This document shows, in pieces, positions 11,524-22,863 of a stretch of 64,000 nucleotides of DNA; within the stretch, counting starts at the first letter, position 1, and each line of letters opens with the position of its first letter. The stretch comes from Candidatus Bathyarchaeota archaeon (GTDB lineage Archaea; Thermoproteota; Bathyarchaeia; Bathyarchaeales; Bathycorpusculaceae). The notes under the pieces are model-generated. The model did no database searches. It saw only the letters and a program-made list of their open reading frames with translations, and was not told the DNA's origin. The stretch spans positions 64,001 through 128,000 of the forward strand of contig CAVYRJ010000001.1 in assembly GCA_963770935.1 (NCBI GenBank), given 5' to 3'. The position numbers were made by a program, and so were the translations under genes.

Positions 11524-14043
11524 TTATGGTCGTTTTCTAAGCAGTAGCAAACCAACAATAGCTATAGCTATAATGATCGCTACTGTTGAACCAACAAAGT
11601 ACATCTCTGTAGGTGGTAAAGCTACGACTGGGACAGCTGTAGGTGTGGGTGCTGCTTCGTCGACGAAGAATGCGGTTTCAGCATATGAAGGCCAATAGGA
11701 TTCAGAGCCAGCGAAAGTGGCGACAACGGTGTATTCGCCTGTTATATCTGGTACCCATTTGAAGCTGAACATACCGCTTGCGTCACTGGTTGCTGAGCCG
11801 ATGGGTCGTTGATTGCCATTTGCGTCGATTACTTCAAGTGTTACTGGAACTCCAGTTGTGGTTTGTGGTTTTGGTTGCTGCATATACACGTACTTCATAA
11901 ATGCTGTCATGCTTTCATCAGAAACAGCTGGCAGGCCGTTGGGGAAACGTGGAGCTATATTAGAACTCTTTGCACCGGCTGATATGTCCATTACATTGCC
12001 CTTTATCATTACGCTGTCGCCATATGTTGCTATGTCGTTCTGGATTGAGACTGTTGTTTGGCTTGGTCCCTTGCCGAAGACGTACACATTCATATCGAAC
12101 ATGTTAGCGGTTGCCCAATATCCGTCAGCGAAAGCACCAATTTTCCAGAATCCCGTCATATCATAGATGCGTTCTCCTGTTGCAGCGTCATAGCAGTATA
12201 AGCTCCATCCTTTGTAGTAGGGTTGTGTAAGGGAGTGTTCAGCAGTTATTACAAACACTTTTCCATCAACAGGATAGATGCCGCCGATTGGATATCTGTC
12301 ATAAGGACCGTCAAGGTTGCATAGGTCGGTAGTAGTGTTCCATAGAAGTTTCCCTGTTTTAAGTTCATATGCATATAGTATTCCACCGTATCCACCTGAA
12401 TATAGTACGTCTTCACTGATAGCGCAGGTTCTGCTGTACATCATCCATTCGTTTTGTGGTTCAGTTGCCCAGAGTTGTGCTCCGGTGTTTATGTCAAAGC
12501 CCATCCACTGCCTTGTCTCTTTTGCCCTTACAACGAATACGCCAGCATCGAGAGAGAATTTATTTACCATAGTGCCTTCGAATTGATAAGTTACGTTGGC
12601 TGCTGGTGGTTTTAGGTTTATGTTGAACAACAATTGTCCCTTTGAAGCACCATCTGTTTTCACTGCCCAAATTGTGAATTGCTCGTCATATTGACTGTTG
12701 CCGTTAGCTACGAAACCTGAACCGCCAATTACTCGGTCTGGAAGAGTGAAGATGACGTTTCCTTTTAAGTTTAGCGGTAACGTTATGTTCCATGAATAGC
12801 CAAGTGATCCGTTGTGTTGCCTTGGTAGTATGTCGTTTTGAATCCCTGCTGGTCTCCATTGCCAGTAACTAGTTCCAGTTGTGCCCATTAGCATTGACGG
12901 TATTGCTGAGAAGTTCCATAGAGCTAACGATGTTCTGCCATTAGTTGGTCCTCCAATCACGTATCGCATATACTCACCGTTTGGTCCAACAGAGTTTACA
13001 CCTGAAGGAACGTTATAAATGGTAAAGAGTAACGCTCCCGTGAATGGATCATATGCCGTCATATTAGTGCCAAAAGTATTCCACAAGTATCCTTGTGCTC
13101 CGTGCTGATTAGGTGACCAGTATTCATATAGCGTAGCACTCTGTGCGCCGACTTTATCGTCCCGCCATAGCTCTTCTCCAGTGCGTAAATCTACTGCAAT
13201 ATATTCCTGTCCCGACATTAGGGTATAGTCTCTACTATGGAAGTCCCTGTGATTCAATGGCTGACTGTAATAAAGTATGCCATTTATGATGATTGGCTGC
13301 GTGAATCTTTGCTCATATGAGGTTCCTTCGTAATATGCCAGATTGTCCGTTACGGTTGGTTCGCCAACGAGGCCGCCAGCCTGAAGTGGCTTGGTCCACA
13401 TAATGTGAGCACTACCTGGCGCTTTGGTATAGGGATTATCTCGTCCGTCATTGAGCCAGTTACCTAAAATCGAGCTCCATTCTCTGTTGTATGCGTTTAC
13501 ATTACGTGTCCAGTATTCAGTTGGAAGTGGAACACCCGGCAGCAGTTCTAGTGGTGCCTCCTGTACGACAAAATTCGCTACGTTGCTGTCAGCGGCTGCA
13601 TATAATCGTTTAGACGTAGTTGTGTTTTTCCATGTTTCTGGGAAGTGAGTTTGAATAGAATATGTACCGACTGCATTTGGTGTATACAGATGGTATGTGG
13701 TTCCTACTGGATCAGTATATGGAAGATTTATGGTTTCTTTAGTGTTGTCAGGCTTGGTAATCGTCAGCGTTATGTCATACCATCCAGCTCTTGTGCTGGG
13801 TGATATAACAGTGCCTGCCGTCTCACCAATGTCTGGCGGCATTTCCGCAGTCCAAGTAATAAGGGTTACTTGTTGACCGACACCTACAGGGTTAGGAGCA
13901 GAAGATGCATAAATGAACGTGGGATACTTCTGTACAGTCTGAGCATTTGCTAAAGGCAAAACAGCAAAGATTGAAGAAGCAATCATTGTTATAGTTAGAA
14001 ACATCGCAATCAAAGTTGACATATTTTTATTTGATTTATTCAT
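11524..14043 (-). CDS. Secreted PQQ-like beta-propeller surface protein (KRP paralog 2)
   Basis: Signal peptide; DPVG, SPNQHG, WQWRP and EHS; ends TEMYFVG-TM-RKRP. Confidence 0.85.
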   Translation of the reverse strand: MNKSNKNMSTLIAMFLTITMIASSIFAVLPLANAQTVQKYPTFIYASSAPNPVGVGQQVTLITWTAEMPPDIGETAGTVISPSTRAGWYDITLTITKPDNTKETINLPYTDPVGTTYHLYTPNAVGTYSIQTHFPETWKNTTTSKRLYAAADSNVANFVVQEAPLELLPGVPLPTEYWTRNVNAYNREWSSILGNWLNDGRDNPYTKAPGSAHIMWTKPLQAGGLVGEPTVTDNLAYYEGTSYEQRFTQPIIINGILYYSQPLNHRDFHSRDYTLMSGQEYIAVDLRTGEELWRDDKVGAQSATLYEYWSPNQHGAQGYLWNTFGTNMTAYDPFTGALLFTIYNVPSGVNSVGPNGEYMRYVIGGPTNGRTSLALWNFSAIPSMLMGTTGTSYWQWRPAGIQNDILPRQHNGSLGYSWNITLPLNLKGNVIFTLPDRVIGGSGFVANGNSQYDEQFTIWAVKTDGASKGQLLFNINLKPPAANVTYQFEGTMVNKFSLDAGVFVVRAKETRQWMGFDINTGAQLWATEPQNEWMMYSRTCAISEDVLYSGGYGGILYAYELKTGKLLWNTTTDLCNLDGPYDRYPIGGIYPVDGKVFVITAEHSLTQPYYKGWSLYCYDAATGERIYDMTGFWKIGAFADGYWATANMFDMNVYVFGKGPSQTTVSIQNDIATYGDSVMIKGNVMDISAGAKSSNIAPRFPNGLPAVSDESMTAFMKYVYMQQPKPQTTTGVPVTLEVIDANGNQRPIGSATSDASGMFSFKWVPDITGEYTVVATFAGSESYWPSYAETAFFVDEAAPTPTAVPVVALPPTEMYFVGSTVAIIIAIAIVGLLLLRKRP

Positions 14044-14073
14044 GTTTTTTTCTTTCCTTAAATTTTATTTTTT

Positions 14074-14091
14074 GGAAGGCAATAGCCTTCC
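14074..14091 (-). promoter_or_regulatory. 5'-leader hairpin GGAAGGC-TATT-GCCTTCC
   Basis: Perfect 7-bp stem between a TTTTATATA box and the start codon. Confidence 0.55.
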
Positions 14092-14286
14092 CACATATTT
14101 TTATCGGTAACACGTATATAAAATTAGCTTGTTTTGAGGGTTTTTTTCAAAATTTTTTTGATATTGTTTTGCAATAGGCACGAGTAATTTATGTTAATTA
14201 GATTATGTTGACAAGGCAGTTGCTAAGACTAATTTTCGAGTGGAAAACAAAAAAAGGGAAAAAGATTTTGAGTTTGATTAATCTCT

Positions 14287-17046
14287 TTATGGTCGTTTTT
14301 TAAGCAATAGTAACGCGAGTAGGATGCCGACTAATGCGATTGCTACTATTACGCCTGCAATGGCGGGGACAAAGTATTGGTCGGCGACGGATACAGGTTC
14401 TGGCGTTGGTGTAGCAGTAACAGTTGGAGCATCCTCAACAAGTAGATAGGCTGTCGCAGATGATGGACCGTAGGATTTGGAGCCGGCGAAGTTTGCTAAG
14501 ATCTGGTAGTTCCCTTGAACTTCAGGAGTATACGGGAGTGCGTAGTTGCCGTTCATGTCGCTTGTTGTGGTACCGATAGAAATTAGGTTGCCATTTGGAT
14601 CAATAGCGCTTAAGCTGACTTCAACACCTTTAGCGTTCTCTGGCTTAATTTGCTGCATAAACTTGTATTCCATCCATGCGCTCATGTCATCATCGGAGAT
14701 AGCGGGAGTATCTTTAAGTGTAAAGTCGATTTTGTCATTTGTGTTGCGTCTGCCTGTTGGAGTCTGGTCAGTAACTGTACCTTTTAACATCACTTTTGTT
14801 CCCAGGAAGGATACATCGTTTTGTGTTGTGACTGTAGTAGCGCTTGGACCCTTGCCATAACAGTATATCTCATTGTCTAGACTGTTGCTGCCTAGGAGTC
14901 GACCGTCGGCTATAGATAGGCCACCGCCGAAGTCTAAGATGCTAAATATTTCAGTTCCGTCTGTAGCATTGATACAGCGTAAGTTTGGACCCCGGTATTG
15001 CGGAGAAGTATACGAGTGTTCACTTGTATAAGTGTAGATTTTTCCGTCAGCGACTGCACCTATGATCATTGGATAGTTGCCATATGGAGATTCAAAGCCT
15101 ATATTCAAAGCGTTGTATTTCCATACGATGTCCCCTGTTTTAATGTCGTATGCAATCAATTGACCAGAATAGCTGCCGTAGCCTATGAGGAGATGGTTGT
15201 AGACGATTTGACTTATGCCATAGTACGTAAATTGTGGTTCTGGTTCACTTTCCCAGAGCAGTTGTCCAGTGTATAAGTCATAAACCCATCGTTTCAGTTG
15301 CTGTGGATCACTCCAGGTGAGTACACCGTCTTCTGGATATACACCGTTCATTGATAGCCCGCCTGTAAATGCGCCTGGCTGCGAAATGTTCTTACCTATG
15401 TCTGCGAATGGCGGTGTGTAGGTCATTTCCCAAAGTTTTCTGCCTATTTCGTTAGGTTTTAGACTAACACCCATCATCCAGCCTGGTGCTACTCCGTTTG
15501 CATCGTTCCATCCTGCGGTTCCAACGATCATGAATTCATCTTGGCGAATAGCTCTGATTGTGCCTGTTTCATTTTGACGGGAATTCCTTGGACCAAGTAT
15601 GTTGGGAATTGATGAATTCGACGAATAAAATAGTGCTCCGTTATGAACACAGTTGTAAGCGACACCGCCAAGATAAGCGTTAGAGCCTCCAAAAGTACCA
15701 CCTGCAGGTCTCCACTGCCAGTATCCTGTCCCATCTTCACTCGAAACCATTGTTCCTGCGGAAGAATTCCATACTGTCAAGTAATAGTTGGGGCTAGAAG
15801 TACTTCCCTTGTTGACCATGTTATAGTAGAGAATGCTTCCATCTTTGCCGTAGACCTGTGTACCGCTTGTGGATACGTTAGCTATGAAGGCAATAGAGTT
15901 CATATTCCATCCGTCCAGCATCTCCCAAAGAGTCCCAGTGGTTACCTGTGAACTATTGAAAGTCTGAACAGCGGTTTGCCGACGAACCGTTAGATTCTCA
16001 AATTGAACTGCATTAGGTACCTGAACTATCGCGGGCAATTGGACGTTGGACGTTCTCCACAGGTATGCGAATCCTCCGTGCTGGTTAGGTGACTCGTAAA
16101 GATAGATTGAACCCATTGAAGGGATTGTTGTAGTGTAGTTGGTGAATATTGTTTCGCCTGTGTATAGATCAATAGCTTCCCAGCCTTGGTTACCGTGTGT
16201 AGTGAAGCGTGGGCTCCAGTGAATCTTGCCGTCAAGAATTATTGGCGCTGACCAAGAAGTGCCTTGATAGTGGCTGGTATGGAAGTTGTAGGTTTCCAAT
16301 CGTTCATCCATGAGGCCGCCAATTGAATATGGTTTTGTCCATAGTATGTGAGCGCTTTCTGGTGCTTGACCGAAACCGTAGTTGCCGACGTTGCCGCCTG
16401 AACTGCCTAGTGGCCACACGTTTGCTGCGCCACCAAGTTTGTTACCCGCAAGAACGTACCAGGTTCTTGCCGCACCGCTTATTGGGCGAGTCCAGTAATC
16501 TTCTGGAAGAGGGGATTCAGTCCAGGATGGCACTGGTTCTTCTTGTACAGTGAAAGTTTCTATTGGGCTAACAGCTGCGCTATAGAAAGAGCGGGTTGTG
16601 CTAACGGTACTGTTTTTCCAGGTTTCAGGGAAGATAGCTTGGACGTTATATGTGCCAACCATTTCAGGTGTGTATTTAACATAGTTGGCACCGACGGGGT
16701 CGCTATAGGGCATATTTACTATTTCTGTTGTATTGTCAGGTTTTGTAACGCTTATTTGCATACCATACCATCCGGATCTACCTGTAGGACTTGCTACTAT
16801 GTCTGCTGTTTCACCAATATCTGGCGGCATTTCTTTTGTCCAAGCAACAAGCAACATATCTTGACCGACACCAATGGGGCCAACACCGCCGCCTCCAGCG
16901 CTAGTGCCAACATATAGCCAAGTATAATAACGGTTTACAGTTTGGGCATTAACAATTGGAAAAGCCATGACTGCAGAAGCAAAAATTGTGATTGTAAGTA
17001 ACAACGCAATAATGGTTTTCATTTTTTTATTTTTTTCTATTTTCAT
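14287..17046 (-). CDS. Secreted PQQ-like beta-propeller surface protein (KRP paralog 3)
   Basis: 919 aa with the same motifs; ends ADQYFVP-TM-KKRP. Confidence 0.85.
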   Translation of the reverse strand: MKIEKNKKMKTIIALLLTITIFASAVMAFPIVNAQTVNRYYTWLYVGTSAGGGGVGPIGVGQDMLLVAWTKEMPPDIGETADIVASPTGRSGWYGMQISVTKPDNTTEIVNMPYSDPVGANYVKYTPEMVGTYNVQAIFPETWKNSTVSTTRSFYSAAVSPIETFTVQEEPVPSWTESPLPEDYWTRPISGAARTWYVLAGNKLGGAANVWPLGSSGGNVGNYGFGQAPESAHILWTKPYSIGGLMDERLETYNFHTSHYQGTSWSAPIILDGKIHWSPRFTTHGNQGWEAIDLYTGETIFTNYTTTIPSMGSIYLYESPNQHGGFAYLWRTSNVQLPAIVQVPNAVQFENLTVRRQTAVQTFNSSQVTTGTLWEMLDGWNMNSIAFIANVSTSGTQVYGKDGSILYYNMVNKGSTSSPNYYLTVWNSSAGTMVSSEDGTGYWQWRPAGGTFGGSNAYLGGVAYNCVHNGALFYSSNSSIPNILGPRNSRQNETGTIRAIRQDEFMIVGTAGWNDANGVAPGWMMGVSLKPNEIGRKLWEMTYTPPFADIGKNISQPGAFTGGLSMNGVYPEDGVLTWSDPQQLKRWVYDLYTGQLLWESEPEPQFTYYGISQIVYNHLLIGYGSYSGQLIAYDIKTGDIVWKYNALNIGFESPYGNYPMIIGAVADGKIYTYTSEHSYTSPQYRGPNLRCINATDGTEIFSILDFGGGLSIADGRLLGSNSLDNEIYCYGKGPSATTVTTQNDVSFLGTKVMLKGTVTDQTPTGRRNTNDKIDFTLKDTPAISDDDMSAWMEYKFMQQIKPENAKGVEVSLSAIDPNGNLISIGTTTSDMNGNYALPYTPEVQGNYQILANFAGSKSYGPSSATAYLLVEDAPTVTATPTPEPVSVADQYFVPAIAGVIVAIALVGILLALLLLKKRP

Positions 17047-17070
17047 TTTTTTCTTTCCTTTATTTTTTAT

Positions 17071-17117
17071 GTTATTGAAAGCAAACTATAAAGCAATAAC
17101 TTGCCTTCTTTAACAAC
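17071..17117 (-). promoter_or_regulatory. 5'-leader hairpin of paralog 3
   Basis: GAAGGCAAGTTAT pairs with ATAGTTTGCTTTC (13 bp including G-U pairs), with an outer GTTGTT/AATAAC stem. Confidence 0.5.
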
Positions 17118-17305
17118 TAGAGCTATTTGAACTAAAGAAGTATAAATATTTGTTTAATATTCAAGAATTTATGTGAAATCTTGAGTTTCAATATAAGCGT
17201 AGAAATCCGAATTTTCAAATATTTTCGGATTATCTTACATGAACCATAAACTAAAATTTACTATACCAGAGAAGAAAAAGCGACAATAAATAAAAGGGTA
17301 AAGAA

Positions 17306-18115
17306 TTAAATTTGTCGTCTCCTTCGCATAAAAAATAGGTATCCTAGGGTTAATGCAGCTACAATTATCAGTCCAGATAGAATTGGATAGCCATATTCAA
17401 ATTGCAGAGCAGAATCTGGAGAGTTTTGTTGCTGAACCGGTTGACTAGTTAGTGATGAAACTGTTGGTTGAGTGGTCGGCTGACTTTTTGGTTCGGGAGT
17501 AGCAGATGGTTTAGGTGGTTGTGATAGGGGCGGTTTCTGGATGTTTTGAAGAGGGTCTAGTGCGACATAAGCTGCTTGCGGGTTAGGTTGACTCACATAA
17601 GTTGTGGTATCAACCGATATCACAGTAATCATGCTTATCCAAGACTCGCCATTGACTCCAGGAATTACCAAGCGAAGAGTCTCGTACAAGTCTGCTCCGT
17701 CTAACTCGTAAGCTATTATCACATCTTCCTGCGCAATGAAGTAGTTTGAGATGTATATGGAATAACCGTCTGAAGCATAAAACCTCAATGAAGCTGGGTT
17801 CTCAACTAACCCAGCCGCCTCAAGCAAAAGTCCAAGTTGTACACCACCCCAAAAGCCACCTTTAATAGATCGACCAAAACACAATAACTCAGCATCGACA
17901 ATTGTTTTTGGCATAGCCATAAGATCAGATAAAGATAGAGTAACACTATTGTTGGATGAAATCACTATTGTCAATGTTCCCGGTGAATTTGTACTTTTAA
18001 CGATATCAGCTTCGGAAATTTGAGCGGAACCGTAATTTATAGAACCTGAAAGAAGTAACTCCACAACTATTAGCAAGAAAACTAAATTTCTATTTTTCAA
18101 GGTAGCATCATCCAT
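17306..18115 (-). CDS. Secreted, C-terminally anchored molybdopterin-oxidoreductase (sulfite oxidase/MsrP-like) domain protein
   Basis: LSLSDLMAMP, LLCFG, WGGVQLGLLLEAAG, ASDGY, IIAYELDG and LRLVIPG; Pro/Thr/Gln linker, TM helix and RRRR tail. Confidence 0.7.
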   Translation of the reverse strand: MDDATLKNRNLVFLLIVVELLLSGSINYGSAQISEADIVKSTNSPGTLTIVISSNNSVTLSLSDLMAMPKTIVDAELLCFGRSIKGGFWGGVQLGLLLEAAGLVENPASLRFYASDGYSIYISNYFIAQEDVIIAYELDGADLYETLRLVIPGVNGESWISMITVISVDTTTYVSQPNPQAAYVALDPLQNIQKPPLSQPPKPSATPEPKSQPTTQPTVSSLTSQPVQQQNSPDSALQFEYGYPILSGLIIVAALTLGYLFFMRRRRQI

Positions 18116-18126
18116 ACATCAAAGTG

Positions 18127-18138
18127 TGACACGTGTCA
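18127..18138. promoter_or_regulatory. Perfect palindrome TGACACGTGTCA, candidate operator
   Basis: Lies between a TTTAAAAA box and the ATG at 18115. Confidence 0.5.
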
Positions 18139-18301
18139 TATTTTTAAACATTACTAAACCGATCATTATTTCTCAGCAGATAAGTAATTGACCAGATAAA
18201 TTGCTTAATGTTATTCATCAAAGTTATTTTAGCAGTTTAGGTTCTAGTTTGTCAAAATAATAACAAAAAAAGGAAGATGGTTTTTTTTGTGGTATGTTTA
18301 T

Positions 18302-21029
18302 TTATGGTCGTTTTCGGAGCACCAGGATAATTACTAACCCGATGACCACGATTGCTATTATGATGCCAATGGTTGCTGGGATGAAGTATTGGTCAGCGAT
18401 GGATGCAGGTTCTTGCGTTGGTGCAGGAGTGGCTGCTGGCGCGTCTTCAACAGTTATGAATGTCGTTGCAGATGATGGACCGTAAGCTTTGGAGCCTGCA
18501 AAGGTAGCGAGTATTTGGTAGTCACCTGAAACCTCTGGATTGAAGGAGATGGCATATTCACCGTTCATGTCACTAGTGGTTGTGCCGATAGAAACTACGT
18601 TGTGGTTTGGATCTACTGCTTCTAAGGTTACTTCGACACCTTTTGCGTTTGTGGGCTTTGCTTGTTGCATGAATTTGTATTCCATCCATGCTTGCATGTC
18701 GTTGTCAGATATTGCTGGGCTGTCTTTTAGTGAGAATTGTAGGACATCGTTAATGTTGCGTCTGCCGTATGGAGTTTGGTCAGTAACTGTGCCTTTTACC
18801 ACGACTTTGTTTCCATGCACTGATACGTCGTTTTGTGCTGTAACTGTCGTAGCGCTTGGACCTTTGCCGAAAGCGTACAGTTGATTGTCATAGTAGTTGA
18901 GTCCTACGAGAATGCCGTCAGCCATGATTATGTTTGGTGTCGTGGGTGACATTCCGCCGAAGAATCCTAGTATCTTCCAGATTTCAGTTCCTGTTGCTGC
19001 ATCTATGCATCGTAAGTTAGGACCTCGATACAACGGTTGAGTTGGTGAGTGTTCGCCTGTAACTGTGTAGAGTTTTCCGTCAGTGATGACTGCAACACCG
19101 AGTGGGTAGTTGCCGCCGTATGCTGATTCAGTTCCGATGCTTGTAGGCTCATATACCCATAGAATAGCGCCTGTCTTTACGTCATATGCTGTCATGATTC
19201 CGCCGTAGCCATAGCTGAGTAATGTACCATTGTAGTAGTTTTGACTTCTGCCATAGTAGTGGAATTGTGTTTCAGGCTCGCTTTGCCAAACCAACTGTCC
19301 AGTTTCCATGCTGTAGCCAAATCTGTCAAGTGTCTTCTGTTTATGGAAAAGAATCATACCTTCTTCTGGATAGACTCCAGTGAGACTGACCGTTTCAGCG
19401 TCTGCAGATGATGGAGGTGTGAATTCTTGCCTTGAAATGAGAGTGCCTTCTTGACCAGGTACGAGACTAAGCTTTGTTACAAATCCTGGAACTGTATGAG
19501 TGCCGTTGTTAAATCCTGCCGCAACAACTACAATGTATTCGTCTTGTTTAACGACATTAATACTGCCGGTTTGGTTAGTTATTGCATTCCGTGGGCCTAG
19601 TACAAGGTTTATTGGTATTGATACGTTTAAAGAATAGAATAGTCGTCCGTCATGCACATTGTTATACTGAGGACTAGAAGATGTGAAATACGGATTTGCA
19701 GCGCCGAAGTGTCCAGCTGCGGGTCTCCATTGCCAGTATCCTGTTCCAAGTTGACTTGAAGGCATGGTTCCGTCAGAAGAATTCCATACAGATAAAGCGG
19801 CTTGGTTTGTTGTTGTGCTTACCGCAAGATTATATCGTAGTAAACTTCCATCTATGCCGTATACTTGAGTACCGCTGGTGCTTACGTTAGCTAGATAGCA
19901 TATTGTTTGTCCTGTGAATCCATCAAGCATTTCATAGAGAGTTCCTGTGGATAATGTGGAGGAGTTTACTAATTGTGATGCCGCCAACCGAATTACCGAC
20001 ATGTTCGGATATATTTGTGCATTTGCGATGTTGACGGTGGGGGGCAGTACGACACCAGATGTTCTCCATAAGTAGGGGAAGCCTCCATGCTGGTTAGGTG
20101 ATTCATAGTTGTAGATTTGACCCATTGATGGTCTCGTTGCATTGTAGTCCAGGGATAGTTGTTCGCCCGTGTATAAGTCAACTTGTATCCAGCCTTGATT
20201 GCCGTGGGCAGTTATGCGTGGGGTGTAGTGAAGTTTACCGTTAAGAATAAGGCCGTTCCAGTTGATTCCACCATAGCCAGTAGTTTGGTAGCCTATTTGA
20301 CCGTATGCTTCGTCCATGAGACCGCCAGTGTAGTATTGTTTTGTCCACAATATGTGAGATGATTCAGGTCCAATTCCGCTAACATAGTTAGAAGTTAGAC
20401 CTGCGGTACCCTGTGGATAGTTTTGAGCGGCGCCGGCAAGCCAGTTTCCAGCAAGCGTGTACCAGTCATGATTTGCGCTGTTTAGTGGGCGATTCCAGTA
20501 ATCGGTTGGTAATGGAGTTTCTGCCCATTGGGATGTTGGTTCTTGCTGAACTGTTAGATTTGTGGTGGCGGTATAGTCTGGTGTATAGTAAGTTCTGTGA
20601 TGTCGTTGTATTCTTCCATTCGCCTGAGAAGTACCCTTGCAAAACATATGTGCCAACAGTTTCTGGTACATATTCGATCCATGTTGCACCTACCGGATCA
20701 GTGCGCGGCATTGTTAATGTGTCATTAGTTCCATCAGGTTTTATAATTGAGACTGTATTTAGACTATTCCATCCGGCTCTACCAGTGGGTGAAGTAACAG
20801 TACCTGCGGTTTCACCAACATCTGGAGGCATATCAGCGGTCCAAGTGACCACTATAACGGACTGACCGACACCTACAGTGGACGGTGAAACACCAACATA
20901 ATAGAACGAACGGATGGTGCTCACAGTTTGAGCATTGACTGGGAAGAGAGCGACAGATGAAGCGACAATAGTTAACATTAGAAACAAAGCAATCATTGAT
21001 AGTTTAGATTTATTTTTTATGGTTTTCAT
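18302..21029 (-). CDS. Secreted PQQ-like beta-propeller surface protein (KRP paralog 4; one frameshift near 20590)
   Basis: ORFs 20466-21029 and 18302-20689 join into a full homolog of paralog 3; ends ADQYFIP-TM-RKRP. Confidence 0.85.
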
Positions 21030-21056
21030 TTTTTTTTCTTTCCTTTATTTTCTTTA

Positions 21057-21077
21057 TAGGAAGGAATTGCCCTCCTA
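21057..21077 (-). promoter_or_regulatory. 5'-leader hairpin of paralog 4
   Basis: TAGGAGGG-CAATT-CCTTCCTA, an 8-bp stem with one G-U pair, downstream of TTTTATATA. Confidence 0.55.
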
Positions 21078-21251
21078 GGGAGCAGAGTATCGGTGTACGG
21101 TGTATATAAAATTAACCTAATTCAACAAACAACTAGCAATTCTTTTAAAGAAATATTTCCGAAATTATATTCTATTCTGAAATAATTGAAACTTTAGAAA
21201 TGTTACGGGAGCTAAGACAAAATATCAAATGGAGAAAACGCAAGGATAATA

Positions 21252-22824
21252 TCAGATTTTGTAAAAGACTACTCTGCCCCCAACAATAGTCATTTCGACT
21301 TCAATCGTGGCTATTTCGTTATGCTTAGATGTGAGCAAATCTTGGGAGAGAACAATGAGGTCAGCATTTTTACCCCTCTCAATGGATCCCTTGATATTTT
21401 CCTCTGAAAAAGCGTACGCCGCATCAAGCGTATAAAAGCGCAAGGCATCCTCAACAGCAACCCCCTCGTTGGGAATAAACTCCCGTTTCACGGTTGCTTG
21501 GATTCCTAACAGAGGACTTAATGGTTCCATGGGGCAATCGGAGCCGCCGATAACCTTTATGCCTGAGCTGACTAATGTTTTTAGCGGATAAAGCCACCTC
21601 GCTCTTTCGGACCCCAAACGCTCAAACGCTGACCATACTCTAAACTCAGAATCCATAACGCAAGGTTGAACCGACACAATCACACTGGCGTTTTTCATGC
21701 GTTTAATCAGCCCTTGATTAAGAACTGCCGCCTGTTCAATCCGACTGCGTAGCGCTCTTCCTTCCGTTTCTTTAGAAATATTTTCAATTGCTGTTAAAGC
21801 CAGGTCAATCGCTTTGTCTCCAGCAGCATGTATGTTTAATTGTAGCTTGGCTTTGAGGATTTTAATGGCTAAAATGTTCATTTCTTCTTGTGTGTAGGAT
21901 AAGGTTCCGTTTGAAATGGGACAATCACTATAAGGTTCAAACATCGCGGCTGTTTTTGATGATAAATAGCCATCTGCAAAAATTACTGCACCGCTAACCT
22001 TAATTGTGCTGTTTGGGAATCTTTTGATAAATCAGAGATTGATTCGCTATCTATGAGTTCAACTGGAGCAATCACATAAACGCTTATTGGCAGCCTATTT
22101 TGTTCATTAAGCTGTTTGATTATCGACAACTCATCTGAAGAAAAAACTATCCAGCAAACACTAGTTATTCCAGCTCTCACAATTTTCTCGAACGCTGAAA
22201 AGATGGCTTCCATGAGTTCTTCCTTGGTTATAGTGGGAATGAACTTCCAAACTGAGTTTGTAGCATCGCCCCGTAAAATACCCGTCAGCTGACCTATTTC
22301 CTGTTTTTTATCAATAGTTTCACCGGATGCGACGGTTTGCTTTGTTAAGCCAGCTATTTCCAAAGCATAACTGTTAGCGATGGCAGTTGGGCGTATCTTT
22401 GATAAAAAATCACAGGGTTATCTGGAGAGACAACGTCTAAATCGTGACAGGTTGGAAGACGATTTTCAGCAAAACTATTTTGTTCCCACCCGTGTCCAAT
22501 AATCCAGTTTCCTTTCGGTGTTTTTTGCACATGCTTATTGAGACGAGCCTGTAGTTCCTTGATTGACCTCACGTCCCATAGATCAACCCATGTTAAGACT
22601 CTGCCAAAATCCGCAACATGTATGTGTGAATCGATAAAGCCTGGAACTACGGTTTTGCCTTTTAAGTCGATAACTTTTGTTTCTTTACCCATCCAGTTTG
22701 TAATGGCGCTGCTAATTCCGACTTGAATTATTTTGGCGGCTTCAATGGCAACTGCTTCAGCACGTGGTTGAGCAGGGTTCATAGTGATGATTTTTCCGTT
22801 GATTAAGACCAAGTCTGCTGGCAT
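21252..22824 (-). CDS. Amidohydrolase_3 (YtcJ-like) metal-dependent amidohydrolase (two frameshifts)
   Basis: DLKGKTVVPGFIDSHIH, NIHAAGDKA, GGSDCP and GSIERGKNADLIVL distributed across three ORFs. Confidence 0.85.
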
Positions 22825-22863
22825 ACAGTCACATTAAATTGCCTTTTAATTAACTTTAATGCT

